Below, one piece after another: positions 1 to 10,676 of a stretch of DNA of 64,000 nt. The notes beneath the pieces were generated by a model. It saw nothing but the letters and a program-made list of their open reading frames with translations. It made no database searches and was not told the origin of the DNA. Source of the DNA: an uncultured bacterium. Its GTDB lineage: Bacteria; Chloroflexota; UBA5177; JANWHV01. The stretch covers positions 64,001-128,000 of the forward strand of contig CAWHAE010000008.1 of NCBI GenBank assembly GCA_963827235.1. Reading direction: 5' to 3'. The stretch's first letter is position 1; each line of letters begins with the position of its first letter. Both the position numbers and the translations under genes were made by a program.

Positions 1-796
1 CATACGATGCCTGCCGGAAGGCCACCTCAAGCACCTGACGGAAGCGGCGCGATACGTGGGAGAAGTCGCCAACAAGCTGCTGGAGACCGACCAGCCGTAC
101 GTTGGCCACAGTGCCTTCGCGCACAAGGGCGGCGTGCACGTCAGCGCCATGCGGCGCTCGCCGATCGCATACCAGCACGTCGATCCCGAGCTGGTCGGCA
201 ACACCCAGCGCACGCTGATCTCCGAGCTATCAGGCCGCGGAAACGTGCTCGAGCTCGTCGAGCGCGTGGGCAGCGCCACCTTGGACGGCCCGCGGCTGAG
301 TGCGGTGGTCGAGCAGGTGAAGGCGCTGGAGAACGAGGGATTTGCCTTCGAGAGCGCCGAGGCCTCTGTCCACCTGCTGGTTCGCCGTACCGAGCCCAAC
401 TACAGCCCGCCGTTTCGCCTGGTCGACTTCACCGTGGTGATCCAGCGCATGCCGACGCGCGAGATGGTAGCACAGGCTATGCTCAAGCTCGATATCAACG
501 GGGTAATCGAGCACACCGCGGCGGACGGCAACGGCCCCGTGAACGCGCTCGACCTGGCGGCTCGCAAAGCACTTCGTTCCCACTATCCACACCTGGACGA
601 AACCAAGCTTCTGGACTACAAGGTGCGCGTGCTGGATGGCCACGACGGCACGGCGGCGGTAGTGCGCGTCCTGATTGAGACCGGCGACGAGGACGAGACG
701 TGGAGTACGGTGGGCAGCTCGCAGAACATCATCGAGGCGAGCTGGATAGCCCTGAGCGATAGCTTGGAATACGCCGTGCTCCGTGGCCGGAGCTGA
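1..796 (+). CDS. cimA: Citramalate synthase (LeuA/CimA family), 5'-truncated by window edge
   Basis: Motifs PYVGHSAFAHKGGVHVSA, YQHVDPELVGN, ISELSG, GNGPVNALD, DYKVRVL, WSTVGSSQNIIEASWIAL, typical of the citramalate synthase C-terminal half. Confidence 0.85.
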   Translation, partial: IRCLPEGHLKHLTEAARYVGEVANKLLETDQPYVGHSAFAHKGGVHVSAMRRSPIAYQHVDPELVGNTQRTLISELSGRGNVLELVERVGSATLDGPRLSAVVEQVKALENEGFAFESAEASVHLLVRRTEPNYSPPFRLVDFTVVIQRMPTREMVAQAMLKLDINGVIEHTAADGNGPVNALDLAARKALRSHYPHLDETKLLDYKVRVLDGHDGTAAVVRVLIETGDEDETWSTVGSSQNIIEASWIALSDSLEYAVLRGRS

Positions 797-926
797 TTGT
801 CTGCCCCTCCTGTTGCGTGCAGGGTCCGGCGAAAGCGTGCACTCCCGAGGAGTGCGTGTCATCGTCCTGTCATGCCGGTGGACTACGCTGGTTGACGGAG
901 ACTTTTCGATCTCGAGGAGGTAGACA

Positions 927-1091
927 ATGAACATCGTCAACATGGTTCGGCGGATCGCTATGCTTCCGGCTGTCCGGAGCCACACGCTGCCTGCGCTGGC
1001 AAGGTGCGTGGCTGCCCTGGAGAGGCTCGAGCAGCCCGACCGCCGCCGCCGGCGGCGTCGCCGGCCGAATCCGAAGCCTCCGGAGGGCTAA
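927..1091 (+). CDS. Putative 54-aa small protein with an 8-Arg run (below the ORF-track cutoff)
   Basis: Strong RBS GAGGAGG at 914-920, ATG at 927, TAA at 1089-1091; translation MNIVNMVRRIAMLPAVRSHTLPALARCVAALERLEQPDRRRRRRRRPNPKPPEG. Confidence 0.4.
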   Translation: MNIVNMVRRIAMLPAVRSHTLPALARCVAALERLEQPDRRRRRRRRPNPKPPEG

Positions 1092-1576
1092 CCGGTAGTG
1101 GCGCGCCGAGCATGCATCTGCTCGGCGCCAAGGATACCGCGAGCAGTGTGGACCGCGACGGACTGCGGCGTTCCGCGTTCGTCTCGCGCCCACGTGCAGT
1201 AACTGCACGCCGGGCGGGATCGCATCCCACCCGGCGTCCTGCGTTCTGCCGCGCGCTCGGGCTTGAGCCCAAGGTAGCCACTGCCCAAAAGCGGACTCAA
1301 GCCAGGTGCGGAAGAGCCTCCGTCGGCTGACCACCTCCACCCAACCCAGATTGCACGCTGCGGATGCGTCCGGACCGAGTGGGCGGACCGAAAATCTGTG
1401 ATCCGGCGCTTCGGTGCGCCGATCCTGGGATCGCGATTGTCTCGACCGCCTCCGGACATGCCCGATATGGCTTCCATCGTCGAGAGACGACAAGCCGCTG
1501 CGTCACAACGTCCACGTGTGCCCGGGGCCGGAGGACCCAGCGCCTCCGGACGGCGGCATCTGCTACCCTTAATCAC

Positions 1577-2347
1577 ATGATTCTCCAGGATTTGGCCCTG
1601 TTCGCCAGCGCTGTGCTCGGCGGAGGGCTCAACTCGGTCGCCGGCGGCGGCAGCTTCCTCACCTTTCCCGCTCTCGTAGTCTCCGGAGTCGGACCAATCA
1701 GAGCAAACGCGACCAGCACCGTGGCCCTGTGGCCGGGATCGGTGGCGAGCGTCGGGGCGTACCGTCGCGAACTGGGCTCGGTTCCGCATGTACGTGAGCT
1801 GAGCGCCGTCAGCGTGGTCGGCGGCCTGTTGGGCGCCGTGCTGCTGCTGCGCACGCCGTCGGCTACGTTTTCGGCCCTGATACCCTATCTGCTGCTCGTG
1901 GCGACGCTGCTTTTCGCCTTCAACACACACATCAAGAGCTCGCTCAAGCGCCTGTTCGGCTCGGGGGGCTCGCGGCCGGCCCCGGCCGGACACGTGCCGA
2001 TCCCCCTGGTGGTAGCGCAGCTGGTGATAGCCACCTACGGGGGCTTCTTCGGCGGTGGCATTGGCATATTGATGCTCGCCGCCCTGGGCCTTCTCGGTCT
2101 CGACAACATCCACGAGATGAATGCGCTCAAGACGCTGCTGGCAAGCTGCATCAACGGCATCGCCGTGGTGACGTTCGTGGTCGCCCGCGCCGTAGAGTGG
2201 CCGCAGGCCGTGTTGATGCTTGCAGGCGCCGTCATCGGCGGCTACGCCGGCGCAGCTACTGCCCGCAAGCTCGATCAGCGCGTCGTCCGCGCCTTCGTCA
2301 TCGCGGTGGGCTGTACGATGACGGTCTACTTCTTCGCCAGGCGCTGA
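1577..2347 (+). CDS. Sulfite exporter TauE/SafE family membrane protein
   Basis: NSVAGGGSFLTFPAL, ANATSTVALWPG, YGGFFGGGIGILMLA, MNALKT motifs; multiple TM segments; start at ATG 1577 just after a TGn-extended -10. Confidence 0.9.
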   Translation: MILQDLALFASAVLGGGLNSVAGGGSFLTFPALVVSGVGPIRANATSTVALWPGSVASVGAYRRELGSVPHVRELSAVSVVGGLLGAVLLLRTPSATFSALIPYLLLVATLLFAFNTHIKSSLKRLFGSGGSRPAPAGHVPIPLVVAQLVIATYGGFFGGGIGILMLAALGLLGLDNIHEMNALKTLLASCINGIAVVTFVVARAVEWPQAVLMLAGAVIGGYAGAATARKLDQRVVRAFVIAVGCTMTVYFFARR

Positions 2348-2348
2348 C

Positions 2349-3347
2349 TGGCAGCCCGAAGCCTGGCTCGCCTATCGCGACGCCATCGTGCGCGACCTCG
2401 CCCCCCACGGCGACCTGGAGACCATCCTGGCCGAGCGCATCGCCCTGCTGCACTGGCGGCAGGCGCGCATCGCCCGCCACGAGTGCGCCCTGATCACCCA
2501 GGACCAGGTGCGGCTCTCCCGGGAGCAGGCCGAGCGGCGCTTCGCCGTGTGCGAGGACCGCCCCTCCACCATGGCGGAGTTGGATGCCGAGCGGCGGTCC
2601 TGCAACGACCGCCTGGCGCTGCTGGAGCGCTGGGCGGAGCTGGAGCCGGAGGACGTGCTTACCGTGGCGGCGGTGCACAGTCTGCTGGAGGCGATGCTCG
2701 CCCCGCTGGGGCCGCAGGAGGCCACGGTACCGCTGCTGCTGGACGCGACGGCGACGGAGAGCCTGGAGCAGTACTGTGGGCGGCAGCGCTGGACCCGGTT
2801 GCTGGTGGAGGCGGCGCTGGAGCCGATCTGCGCGGTTGGCACCAGCGTGGCGACGATGCACGCCGTGGCGGTGCGGCGGGCGGGGGAGGCGGTGTCGGCG
2901 CTGGCCCGAGCCCGGTCCGACCAGGAGATCGGCGTGGTGGCGGCCACGCACGGGCTGGCCGACCTGCGGGTGCTGGAGCGGTTGGCGCGCTACGAAGCGC
3001 ACCTCTCGCGGGAGATCCAGCGCACCAGGCGTGAGCTGGCGGAGGTCCGTGCCGAGCGCCGTGCGGCAGAGCACAGCGGAAATTGCGAAACGAATTCGCG
3101 CCCGGAGGGCACTGCCGCACCCGCCGCTCCCCTCGCACCACGCCCGCGACCCACTGCGGTGGGTACCGGCCGGTCCGTGCCCTGCCATTCGACCTCACTC
3201 GGAGGGACCGCGTGCCCCGGGCCGCGGTCTCTCATCTGCTGCCATGAGCGATCGCGATTGCAGGCTGGCGGCCCCCAGAGGACATCACACCCGACCTCGG
3301 CCGCCTGGATTGCGATCGGCCTACGAGCGCGATTTCAGGCATATTGA
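2349..3347 (+). pseudogene. Probably 5'-truncated hypothetical protein (LAPxGxLExxLAERIAxxxWRxxR...RYEAHLSR...NCETN type)
   Basis: Frame reads WQPEAWLAYRDAIVRDLAPHGDLETILAERIALLHWRQARIARHE directly from the tauE stop with no RBS or start; tail after NCETNS looks like read-through. Confidence 0.5.
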
Positions 3348-3479
3348 AGTAGTTTTGCGGCGTGAGCCGGGATCGGGCCCTAACGGTGCTCGGCAGCGCT
3401 GCAGGCTGCCACGGTTTCCACACTGTTTGATCGCCGCTGGACTGCGGCAGTAGAAGAGGAACAAGGAGTAGGGACGATC

Positions 3480-3941
3480 ATGGGTGAAACTCGGCTTTCG
3501 CGTGGCGCGTTTATGCGGACTGTGGGTACTGTTGCCAGTGCGGCTGTGGGGCTGTCGATTGCGATGACACCGCGCCGAGCGTTCGCTCTGGTCAGTGGTG
3601 CAGGCAGTCTGGCCAAGGTGACCAGCCTGCAGAAACTGAAGGTAGGAGTGAACGGACCATTTACGTTCTCCGTGTCCGCCTCCCAGCCGAATACGAACTC
3701 GATCTTCCTTATCAAGAGCGCTAAGGGCACGGTGACGGCGCTAGAGGCAACCTGCAGGCACCGAGGCTGTCCGGTAGCCTGGGTCGCAAAGGACAAACTG
3801 TTCGAATGCCCGTGTCATGGCAGTGAGTACGCCAGCAGTGGCAAGGTCGTGCAAGGTCCGGCGATGAGTAATCTCTACAGCCACCAGGTTGTCGTGCGAG
3901 CCGGCCAGGTTTGGGTGATGAGCAACCGTTCGAGCAATTAG
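3480..3941 (+). CDS. Tat-exported Rieske (2Fe-2S) protein
   Basis: Tat-like SRGAFMR signal; Rieske boxes CRHRGC and CPCHGS, GPA motif; purine-rich RBS upstream. Confidence 0.9.
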   Translation: MGETRLSRGAFMRTVGTVASAAVGLSIAMTPRRAFALVSGAGSLAKVTSLQKLKVGVNGPFTFSVSASQPNTNSIFLIKSAKGTVTALEATCRHRGCPVAWVAKDKLFECPCHGSEYASSGKVVQGPAMSNLYSHQVVVRAGQVWVMSNRSSN

Positions 3942-4168
3942 CTCAAGGAGAGACCGTCGCATCGGCTCGCCCGTGGTGCAGCGAAGTTAGGGGAGCGCAG
4001 CTTCCGGGCCCGTGTCCCGGCCCGATCCCGCACCACGCGCACGGCAGTGCTGCGCTTCCGCAACCGTGAACGTGCAATGAGAGCTCCCGGTCAACGTGGC
4101 GGTCCAAACGCAATGCATAGGTTGGTACGGCGCAGCCCGCGCCGCGCCATCCTGGGAAGCGGGAAGCG

Positions 4169-6655
4169 GTGGAGATGAATTCCTTCAAGCAGAGGAGCAC
4201 TGGAAATCGGCGCGTGCGGCACGGCTGCTGCGTCTTGCTGTTTAGTGCTCTCGTTCTGATCGATGCTTCCGTGCCGGCAGGAGCGGCCGCGGTGCTCGTT
4301 GCCCCGTCTCCCACTCCTGCTGCCGCCGTCGTGGCCACGCCTGCTCCTACCGGCTCGGCCACGCCCGCTCCGACCGCCCCGGGCACCGCGGTGCCCGGGG
4401 CGGCTTCGACCGTGCCGACGGAAACTGTAACTCTCACGCCGACTGTAACCCTCTCGGGTACAGTCCCTCCCACGGCAACGGCAGCGCTTCCGCCCGGTTC
4501 CGCTTCCGCGACTGCCACCGCCGCGCCGGTCCCTGGGGCCGCACCTGGCGACGTCACCACGTACCTGGGATCCATCGCCAGGACGAGCTTCAATGCCACG
4601 GAGACGCGGATCACCGCGTCGAGCGCGGCCAACCTCGTGTTGTCCTGGAGCCTGGACGGCCACGGGAGCTACATCTCGACCCAGCCTATCGTGGCAAACG
4701 GCGTGGTCTATTGGGGCGATTACAACGGATACGAGCACGCAACCAACGCTACCACTGGCAAGGATATCTGGTCTCGATTCCTTGGTGACTACTACGCCGG
4801 TTCCTCAGGCAATCCGACCTACTGCACGCCGGACCAAATGGGCGTGGTCGCCTCGCCCGCGGTGGCGCAGCTCAACGGCCGTGCGCTGGTGTTCGTGCCA
4901 GGCGGGGGTCACATGAGCGGCAACACCGGCCCGGTGTTCTTCTTCGCTCTCGACGCTGCCAGCGGACAGGTCGTTTGGCAAACGCTCGTGGGCAACGCAC
5001 CTGCCGACACCATGTGGAGCTCGCCGGCCATTTACAACGGGAGCATCTACGTGGGCGTTGCGGCACAGGGCGGTTGTCCGGACCATGCCGCCAGTCGCCT
5101 GCTGAAGCTCAATGAAGCCACGGGCGCACTCCAGGCAACTGCTCACCTGGTGCCGGCCGGCTGCACGGGTGGAGACATCTGGGGTTCACCCGCCATCGAC
5201 GTGACCGAGAATACCGTCTATTTCGCCACCGGCGATCAGGACAACAAGTGCTTGGGCAAGGAGCCTCTTGCGCAGGCCGTCGTTGAGGTGCGTGCCAGCG
5301 ATCTGGGCTACATGGGATCGTGGAAGGTCCAGGAAGCCACCGACATGGACCACGACTTCGGGTCGACTCCGACGCTGTTCAGCAGCGGAACCCGGGGTCT
5401 GGTCGGCGTCGTGAATAAGAATGGCGTGTTCTACACCTTCGCCCGCGATAGGCTGTCCTCCGGACCGATCTGGATCAAGCACATTGCCGATCCTGGTCTT
5501 GCCAGTCCGGAAATAGGCGACGGGTCGGTGTCGCCGGCTTCCTGGGATGGTCAAACCCTCTATGTCGGCGGCGGCACGAGCGTGGACAAGAAATGCCAGG
5601 GCACGGTCGAAGCGCTGGATCCAGGTTCGGGAAAGACGAAGTGGTCGGACTGCATGCCCGGCCCGGTGATTCCCGCTGTGGTCGGGGCCCCCGGAATCCT
5701 GGTAGTCGGTGCCAGCTCGCATCTCATGGTGCTGAGCGCGACCACGGGGGCCGTGCTCTGGAAATGGCTCGACCCGCGTATGACGCCCTTCTGGGCGGCG
5801 CCGACCATCTCAAATGGCGTGATCTATGCCGCGAACTCGGGCTGGGCGGAGCCGGGGCGATCGTGGGGACCTGGGCGCCTCTATGCCTTTACACTGGCCA
5901 AGGGTCCGCTACCCACCCCTACACCGGTGCCCAACGTCTGCCCTGCCGGCTGGTCGTGCACCGACATCGGCAACCCGACCGTGGCCTCCAGCGATCTGCT
6001 CCGGAGTGGCACCTGGACGGTGATCAGCGGCGGTGGGGACATCTGGGCCACCGGGGACCAATTCCACCTCGACTACAAGACGGTGCTGGGCAACGCCGCC
6101 ATCGCGGCGCAGGTTCGCACGCAGAGCTACAGCGATCCCTGGGCCAAGGCCGGTGTGATGCTGCGAGCAGGCACGGGCCCCGGCCAGGCCTTCTATGACG
6201 TGCTCGTCACTCCGAGCAACGGCATCGTGGTGCAGTATCGCTCGACGGCAGGTGCGTCGGCCATACAGGCTACGACCGTGAACGGGGCCGTGCCGGTATT
6301 CCTGAAGGTCAGCCGCACGGGTTCGTCGTTCAGCGCCTACACGTCAGCCGACGGCGCGCACTGGGTTGTCTTGCAGAATTCGACGGTGACAATCAACGCC
6401 CTCAACGGACCCGCGCTTGCCGGGCTTGCCGTCACCGCGCACAACCTGATTGACGCGGGCACCGTCACATACCGCGCGGTCAGCGTGGCGGCCGATCAAT
6501 TTGCCACGGCTACGCCCACTCCCATACCGCCTACCAGGACGCCCACTCCCACGGCCGGGAAGAAGACGCCGGCGCCCGTCGCTCATACGGGCACGCCTAC
6601 GCCCGCAGCCCGGGCGAAATCGCCGACCAGGACGCCGACTCCCAGCCCGGGCTAA
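4169..6655 (+). CDS. Secreted PQQ-binding-like beta-propeller protein with C-terminal ConA/DUF1349-like module and Pro/Thr linkers
   Basis: Signal-like hydrophobic N-terminus; repeats ALDAASGQVVW, WSSPAI, IWGSPAID, DFGSTPTLF, ALDPGSGKTKW; C-terminal DIWATGDQFH/WAKAGVMLR module. Confidence 0.8.
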   Translation: MEMNSFKQRSTGNRRVRHGCCVLLFSALVLIDASVPAGAAAVLVAPSPTPAAAVVATPAPTGSATPAPTAPGTAVPGAASTVPTETVTLTPTVTLSGTVPPTATAALPPGSASATATAAPVPGAAPGDVTTYLGSIARTSFNATETRITASSAANLVLSWSLDGHGSYISTQPIVANGVVYWGDYNGYEHATNATTGKDIWSRFLGDYYAGSSGNPTYCTPDQMGVVASPAVAQLNGRALVFVPGGGHMSGNTGPVFFFALDAASGQVVWQTLVGNAPADTMWSSPAIYNGSIYVGVAAQGGCPDHAASRLLKLNEATGALQATAHLVPAGCTGGDIWGSPAIDVTENTVYFATGDQDNKCLGKEPLAQAVVEVRASDLGYMGSWKVQEATDMDHDFGSTPTLFSSGTRGLVGVVNKNGVFYTFARDRLSSGPIWIKHIADPGLASPEIGDGSVSPASWDGQTLYVGGGTSVDKKCQGTVEALDPGSGKTKWSDCMPGPVIPAVVGAPGILVVGASSHLMVLSATTGAVLWKWLDPRMTPFWAAPTISNGVIYAANSGWAEPGRSWGPGRLYAFTLAKGPLPTPTPVPNVCPAGWSCTDIGNPTVASSDLLRSGTWTVISGGGDIWATGDQFHLDYKTVLGNAAIAAQVRTQSYSDPWAKAGVMLRAGTGPGQAFYDVLVTPSNGIVVQYRSTAGASAIQATTVNGAVPVFLKVSRTGSSFSAYTSADGAHWVVLQNSTVTINALNGPALAGLAVTAHNLIDAGTVTYRAVSVAADQFATATPTPIPPTRTPTPTAGKKTPAPVAHTGTPTPAARAKSPTRTPTPSPG

Positions 6656-6797
6656 GCCGTATGGCGCGCCGGTTGTACACGCCTTGCCCTTGATCGGTGG
6701 CTCGGCGCGCGGCACCATGAAACCGCGCGCCGTGTGTGCCATCCGGCCTGAGCAAGCGGACGCGCCGGGTGCATCGGCTAGTCGGGGGTTGCGCAGC

Positions 6798-8455
6798 ATG
6801 GCGAACAGGAGTTGGTTGGCGGCGCTCGCTTGCGCCGTTCTGCTGCTCCTGTCCGGTTGCGCCGGCCTGCCCGGATCGTCCCAGGATGGCGGTACGGCAA
6901 GCCAGTCGTCGGCCTCGGTGTCTACGCAGGTGGCAGCCGCCGTGGCGGCGACTGTCTCTGCTCGCGATACGGGCACAGTGCCGGCCGCTCCGGCTCGGCC
7001 GACCATGCTCGATGCGCTCCCCACGGCCACCGCCAGCGCGACGGTATCTCCCTCGCGGACGGCGACCGCTACGGCGACGCTGGTGCCCACGCCGATGCTG
7101 CTGGCGCCGATCACCTTGCGGAGCGAGAAGCAGCGGGCGGTAAGCTGGAGCCTCGCTACTGGACAAACGCCTCGGCCGTCGTGTTCACGGTGGGCGCCCC
7201 GGCGGCCGGCAGCGCCGGTGCCGTGCCTCAGGTCGAGCTCGAGTCGCTCGCCACGCGGTACAACGGCTTGCCGTCCGGTCAGGGACTGCCGTTGCTGCCC
7301 GGGCAGACAACGGCCATTACCCTGTCCGTGAGCCAGCTGCCGGAAGGCGCATACCACTGGCGCGCTCGGCTGGCACTGGACAAGTGGCGCGGGCCCTGGG
7401 CCGACTACTACGACGGGCCGGCATTCAGAATCGATCGTACGCCGCCCAGCACCGTGGTTATCAGCTCGACGACGTACCCGGATCAGACCCAGACGTATTC
7501 CGCAGTGACGGGACTCTTTACCTGGACCGCCGCAAAGGACAACGGGGCGTTGCAGGGCTATCTGTGGAGCATCGATCGAAATCCCGATGGCGTGCCGGTG
7601 GGGACGCCAAGCCTTGCCCGGAGCGTGTCGCTGGGGCCGCTGGCAAATGGCTCGCTGTACTTCCACGTGCGTGCGGAGGACTGGGCGGGGAACCTGGGGG
7701 CCGTGTCAACCTATGCCGTTCATGTCGATGCCACGGCGCCCAAGCTCGGGCATGTCTTCTTCGATCGCTACCAGTTCAATCCGCAATACGACAAGCTGAC
7801 CATGAGGTTCACGCCAAGCAAGGACGTGACCGTCCAGGTCGATATCCGCAGCCAGAAGCCCAATGGCGCGGTCGCGATCCTGAATCTGGGGATGGCACGC
7901 GCCGGAACGCCATTCCACGTGGCCTGGAACGGCAGAGACTACCGGGGCGTCCTGGTTCAGCCAGGGCTGTACACGATGCTTGTCAAGATGACGGACAGGT
8001 ACGGCAACCGCGGCGACGGCTTCTTTTCGCAGCTCGGCGTCAACTACCGGCGCATCGTCGTACACCTGGCCACCCAGAGCATGGACGTCTACGACGGCGC
8101 GACGCTGCTCCGGCATACGTTGGTCACGACGGGCAATGCCCTGCTGCCTACGCCGCCCGGTATCTGGCACGTTGGCGCCAAGTTCCATCCCTACAAGTTC
8201 ATCAGCACGTGGCCCAAGACCAGCCCGTACTACTACCCGCCGTCAAACGTCGAGTACGCACTGTACTTTCACTCCGGCGGCTATTTCATCCACGATGCGC
8301 CCTGGCGCACCGTGTTTGGGCCGGGAACGAACACGGCGCCCGGGCCTCCCGGCGTATACAGCGGGACGCATGGCTGCGTCAACGTGCCGGACGATGTCGA
8401 GGCTTGGCTCTTCAGATGGGCCGCGATCGGCACCGTGGTGGTCGTGGAGCAGTAG
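6798..8455 (+). CDS. L,D-transpeptidase lipoprotein with Ig/FlgD-like domains (one frameshift near 7100-7140)
   Basis: Lipobox LLLSGC in the 6450-7331 frame; the 6812-8455 frame has WNGRD..G..V.PG.Y (FlgD-like) and YkuD motifs TPPGIW, IHDAPW, THGCVN. Confidence 0.85.
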
Positions 8456-8475
8456 GCGCGCTAAACGCGACAAGC

Positions 8476-8502
8476 CTGCCGGAGGCGATAGCCCCGGCAG
8501 GC
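8476..8502. terminator. GC-rich hairpin between convergent LDT and rpsU
   Basis: CCTGCCGG...CCGGCAGG inverted repeat. Confidence 0.4.
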
Positions 8503-8533
8503 GCAGCACGCCATCGGACGTGAGGTCTGCTTC

Positions 8534-8722
8534 CTACTGGCTTCCGGTGCGCCGCTTCTGAGCCTTGCGCGCCGCCCGCTTGCGCTTGGTCTGCTCTCGC
8601 ATACGCTTAGTCTGAAACCGGCTCTTCTCGCGAAACACGCGAAGTATGCCGTCCTGCGCAACTTCCTTCTTGAAGCGGCGCAGCAGATGCTCAAAGCTCT
8701 CGCCGGATGTTGTTTCTACCAT
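8534..8722 (-). CDS. rpsU: 30S ribosomal protein S21
   Basis: GESFEHLLRRFKKEV..GIL...R...F pattern with basic tail; 62 aa. Confidence 0.9.
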   Translation of the reverse strand: MVETTSGESFEHLLRRFKKEVAQDGILRVFREKSRFQTKRMREQTKRKRAARKAQKRRTGSQ

Positions 8723-8836
8723 ATCGCTATCAGCTCACCTTTGATTCGGATTCCGATCCACCAGCCCGCCACCGTCGGCGGCAACATCACGGCGCTTCTC
8801 AACACGCTGCTCGCCCTGCAGGCCTGTCGTCCTCTG

Positions 8837-8845
8837 AGTATAGCA
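8837..8845 (-). promoter_or_regulatory. Extended -10 promoter for rpsU
   Basis: TGCTATACT on the minus strand. Confidence 0.5.
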
Positions 8846-8907
8846 GGGCTTGCGAAGTGCCAGCAATCCGCCGCTCATCCCCCGGAGGTATGCTATATTC
8901 TCCTCAA

Positions 8908-9729
8908 ATGGATGATCGTCCAATCGGTTTCTTCGACTCAGGCGTTGGCGGGCTCAGCATCCTGGCCGAGGTTCACAAGCTGCTACCGCGCGAGAGCCTG
9001 CTCTATGTCGGTGATTCGGCTCATTTCCCCTATGGTGCCATCCCACCGGATCAGCTCCGCGATCTCGCCGCCTCGCTGGCTTGCTACCTGCTGGAGCGGC
9101 AGGCCAAGATCATCGTCGTGGCATGTAACACCGCTACCGTGTACGCACTCGCGCACCTCAGGGCCAGGTTTCCTGGCGTGCCGTTTGTCGGTGTGGTGCC
9201 CGTTGTGAAGGTGTTGGCTGAGCGAAGCCGGAACGGCATCATCGGCTTGCTCTCCACGCCGAACACGGCGAAGAGCGCCTACCTGGAAGATCTGATCGGG
9301 CGCTTTGCCGCCGGCAGGCAGGTAATCAACGTGCCCTGCGATGGCTTGGCGGATATGGTCGAGCGCGGCGAACTGGAAGGCCCCCGGCTCGATAGCCTGC
9401 TCGCTGAATGCTTGGCGCCGGTGGTGCGAGGCGGCGCGGATGTGCTGGGACTGAGCTGCACGCACTATCCGTTCTTGCGACCGCACATTGCGGCGCTGCT
9501 TCCGTCACCGATCGATGTGTACGATTCCGGCGCCCCCGTGGCCGTCCGCGTGCGTTCGCTGCTGAGCGATGCGCTGGCACTCGGCGATCACGCCGAGCCG
9601 GCGCACGAGCTGTATACGACCGGAGACGTCGCCGGCTTCGAGTCCGTAGTGTCGCGTCTGCAGGGCGTACCCAAGCACCTTGTCGCACGGGCCGAGCTCA
9701 CGCCACGGCAACTTGCCGTGGTGGAGTGA
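8908..9729 (+). CDS. murI: Glutamate racemase
   Basis: IGFFDSGVGGLSI, DSAHFPYG, ACNTA, LSCTHYP motifs. Confidence 0.95.
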   Translation: MDDRPIGFFDSGVGGLSILAEVHKLLPRESLLYVGDSAHFPYGAIPPDQLRDLAASLACYLLERQAKIIVVACNTATVYALAHLRARFPGVPFVGVVPVVKVLAERSRNGIIGLLSTPNTAKSAYLEDLIGRFAAGRQVINVPCDGLADMVERGELEGPRLDSLLAECLAPVVRGGADVLGLSCTHYPFLRPHIAALLPSPIDVYDSGAPVAVRVRSLLSDALALGDHAEPAHELYTTGDVAGFESVVSRLQGVPKHLVARAELTPRQLAVVE

Positions 9730-9740
9730 CCGCGACGCCA

Positions 9741-10586
9741 TCACTCGACGGCTGAGATAAGTCGCGGGTAGGAACCGATCACCTTCAGCGTCAGCGTGCA
9801 GCGCGCCAGCGCGGACAGCGCCGCCGCCACATCCGGCTCGCTCTGGTGTCCCTCGACGTTGGCGTGGAACTTGTATTCCCATGTGCGTCCCTGGATGGGA
9901 CGCGATTCGAGGCGAATGACGTTCACTTCATGGATGGCGAAGGCAGCCATGGCGCGAAACAGCGAGCCCGGACGGTCCGGCAGCACGAACATGATGCTGG
10001 TCTTGCCGCCCGAGTGAGATGGCAATGGCTCCCTTCCGATCACGAGGAAGCGCGTGAAATTCTCCTTGTTGGTCTGGATGTTCTCGGCCAGCACTTCCAG
10101 GTCGTAGATCGAAGCGGCGCGCTTGGAAGCTATCCCTGCTACTCCGGCGAGTCGGCCTTCACGAACGAGTTTAGCGCTGCCCGCGGTGTCGTAGACAGGC
10201 ACTCGTTGCGCGCTCAGCTGTTCGAGATAGGCGCGGCACTGGGCGAGTGCCTGCGGATGGGACTGCACGGTGTGAATGTCGGCCAGGCTCTGGCCGGGCA
10301 GAGCCATCAGGCAATGCTGAACCCGCAGGTCGTACTCTCCCCGGGGGAAAACCCTGCCCTGGTACTCGACCAACAGCTCGGACGTCTCGTTGACCGTGTA
10401 TGCCGTCGTGTTCTCCACGGCAACCACCGAGAAGTCCGCGCTGCCGTCCACGACGGCGGCAAAGCAGTCGGCAAAGCTCTGCTGTGGCAGCATGGGTCGT
10501 TCGGGAAAGAGAAACGCCGCCGCTTCCTCGCTGAACGCTCCTCGCTCGCCCTGAAACGCAATGCCGCCCATAGTTCCTCCTGTCAT
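9741..10586 (-). CDS. pheA: Prephenate dehydratase
   Basis: AFQGERGAFSEEA, VENT, SHPQALAQC, NFTRF, ESRP and C-terminal ACT domain. Confidence 0.95.
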   Translation of the reverse strand: MTGGTMGGIAFQGERGAFSEEAAAFLFPERPMLPQQSFADCFAAVVDGSADFSVVAVENTTAYTVNETSELLVEYQGRVFPRGEYDLRVQHCLMALPGQSLADIHTVQSHPQALAQCRAYLEQLSAQRVPVYDTAGSAKLVREGRLAGVAGIASKRAASIYDLEVLAENIQTNKENFTRFLVIGREPLPSHSGGKTSIMFVLPDRPGSLFRAMAAFAIHEVNVIRLESRPIQGRTWEYKFHANVEGHQSEPDVAAALSALARCTLTLKVIGSYPRLISAVE

Positions 10587-10676
10587 CTTCTCTCGGCAGA
10601 ACAGCCTGATCTTTACCAGTCTATCCCCAAGCCGCCATTGTCGAGTTCTCGCAGGCCCGGCATACTTGGACCTGAC

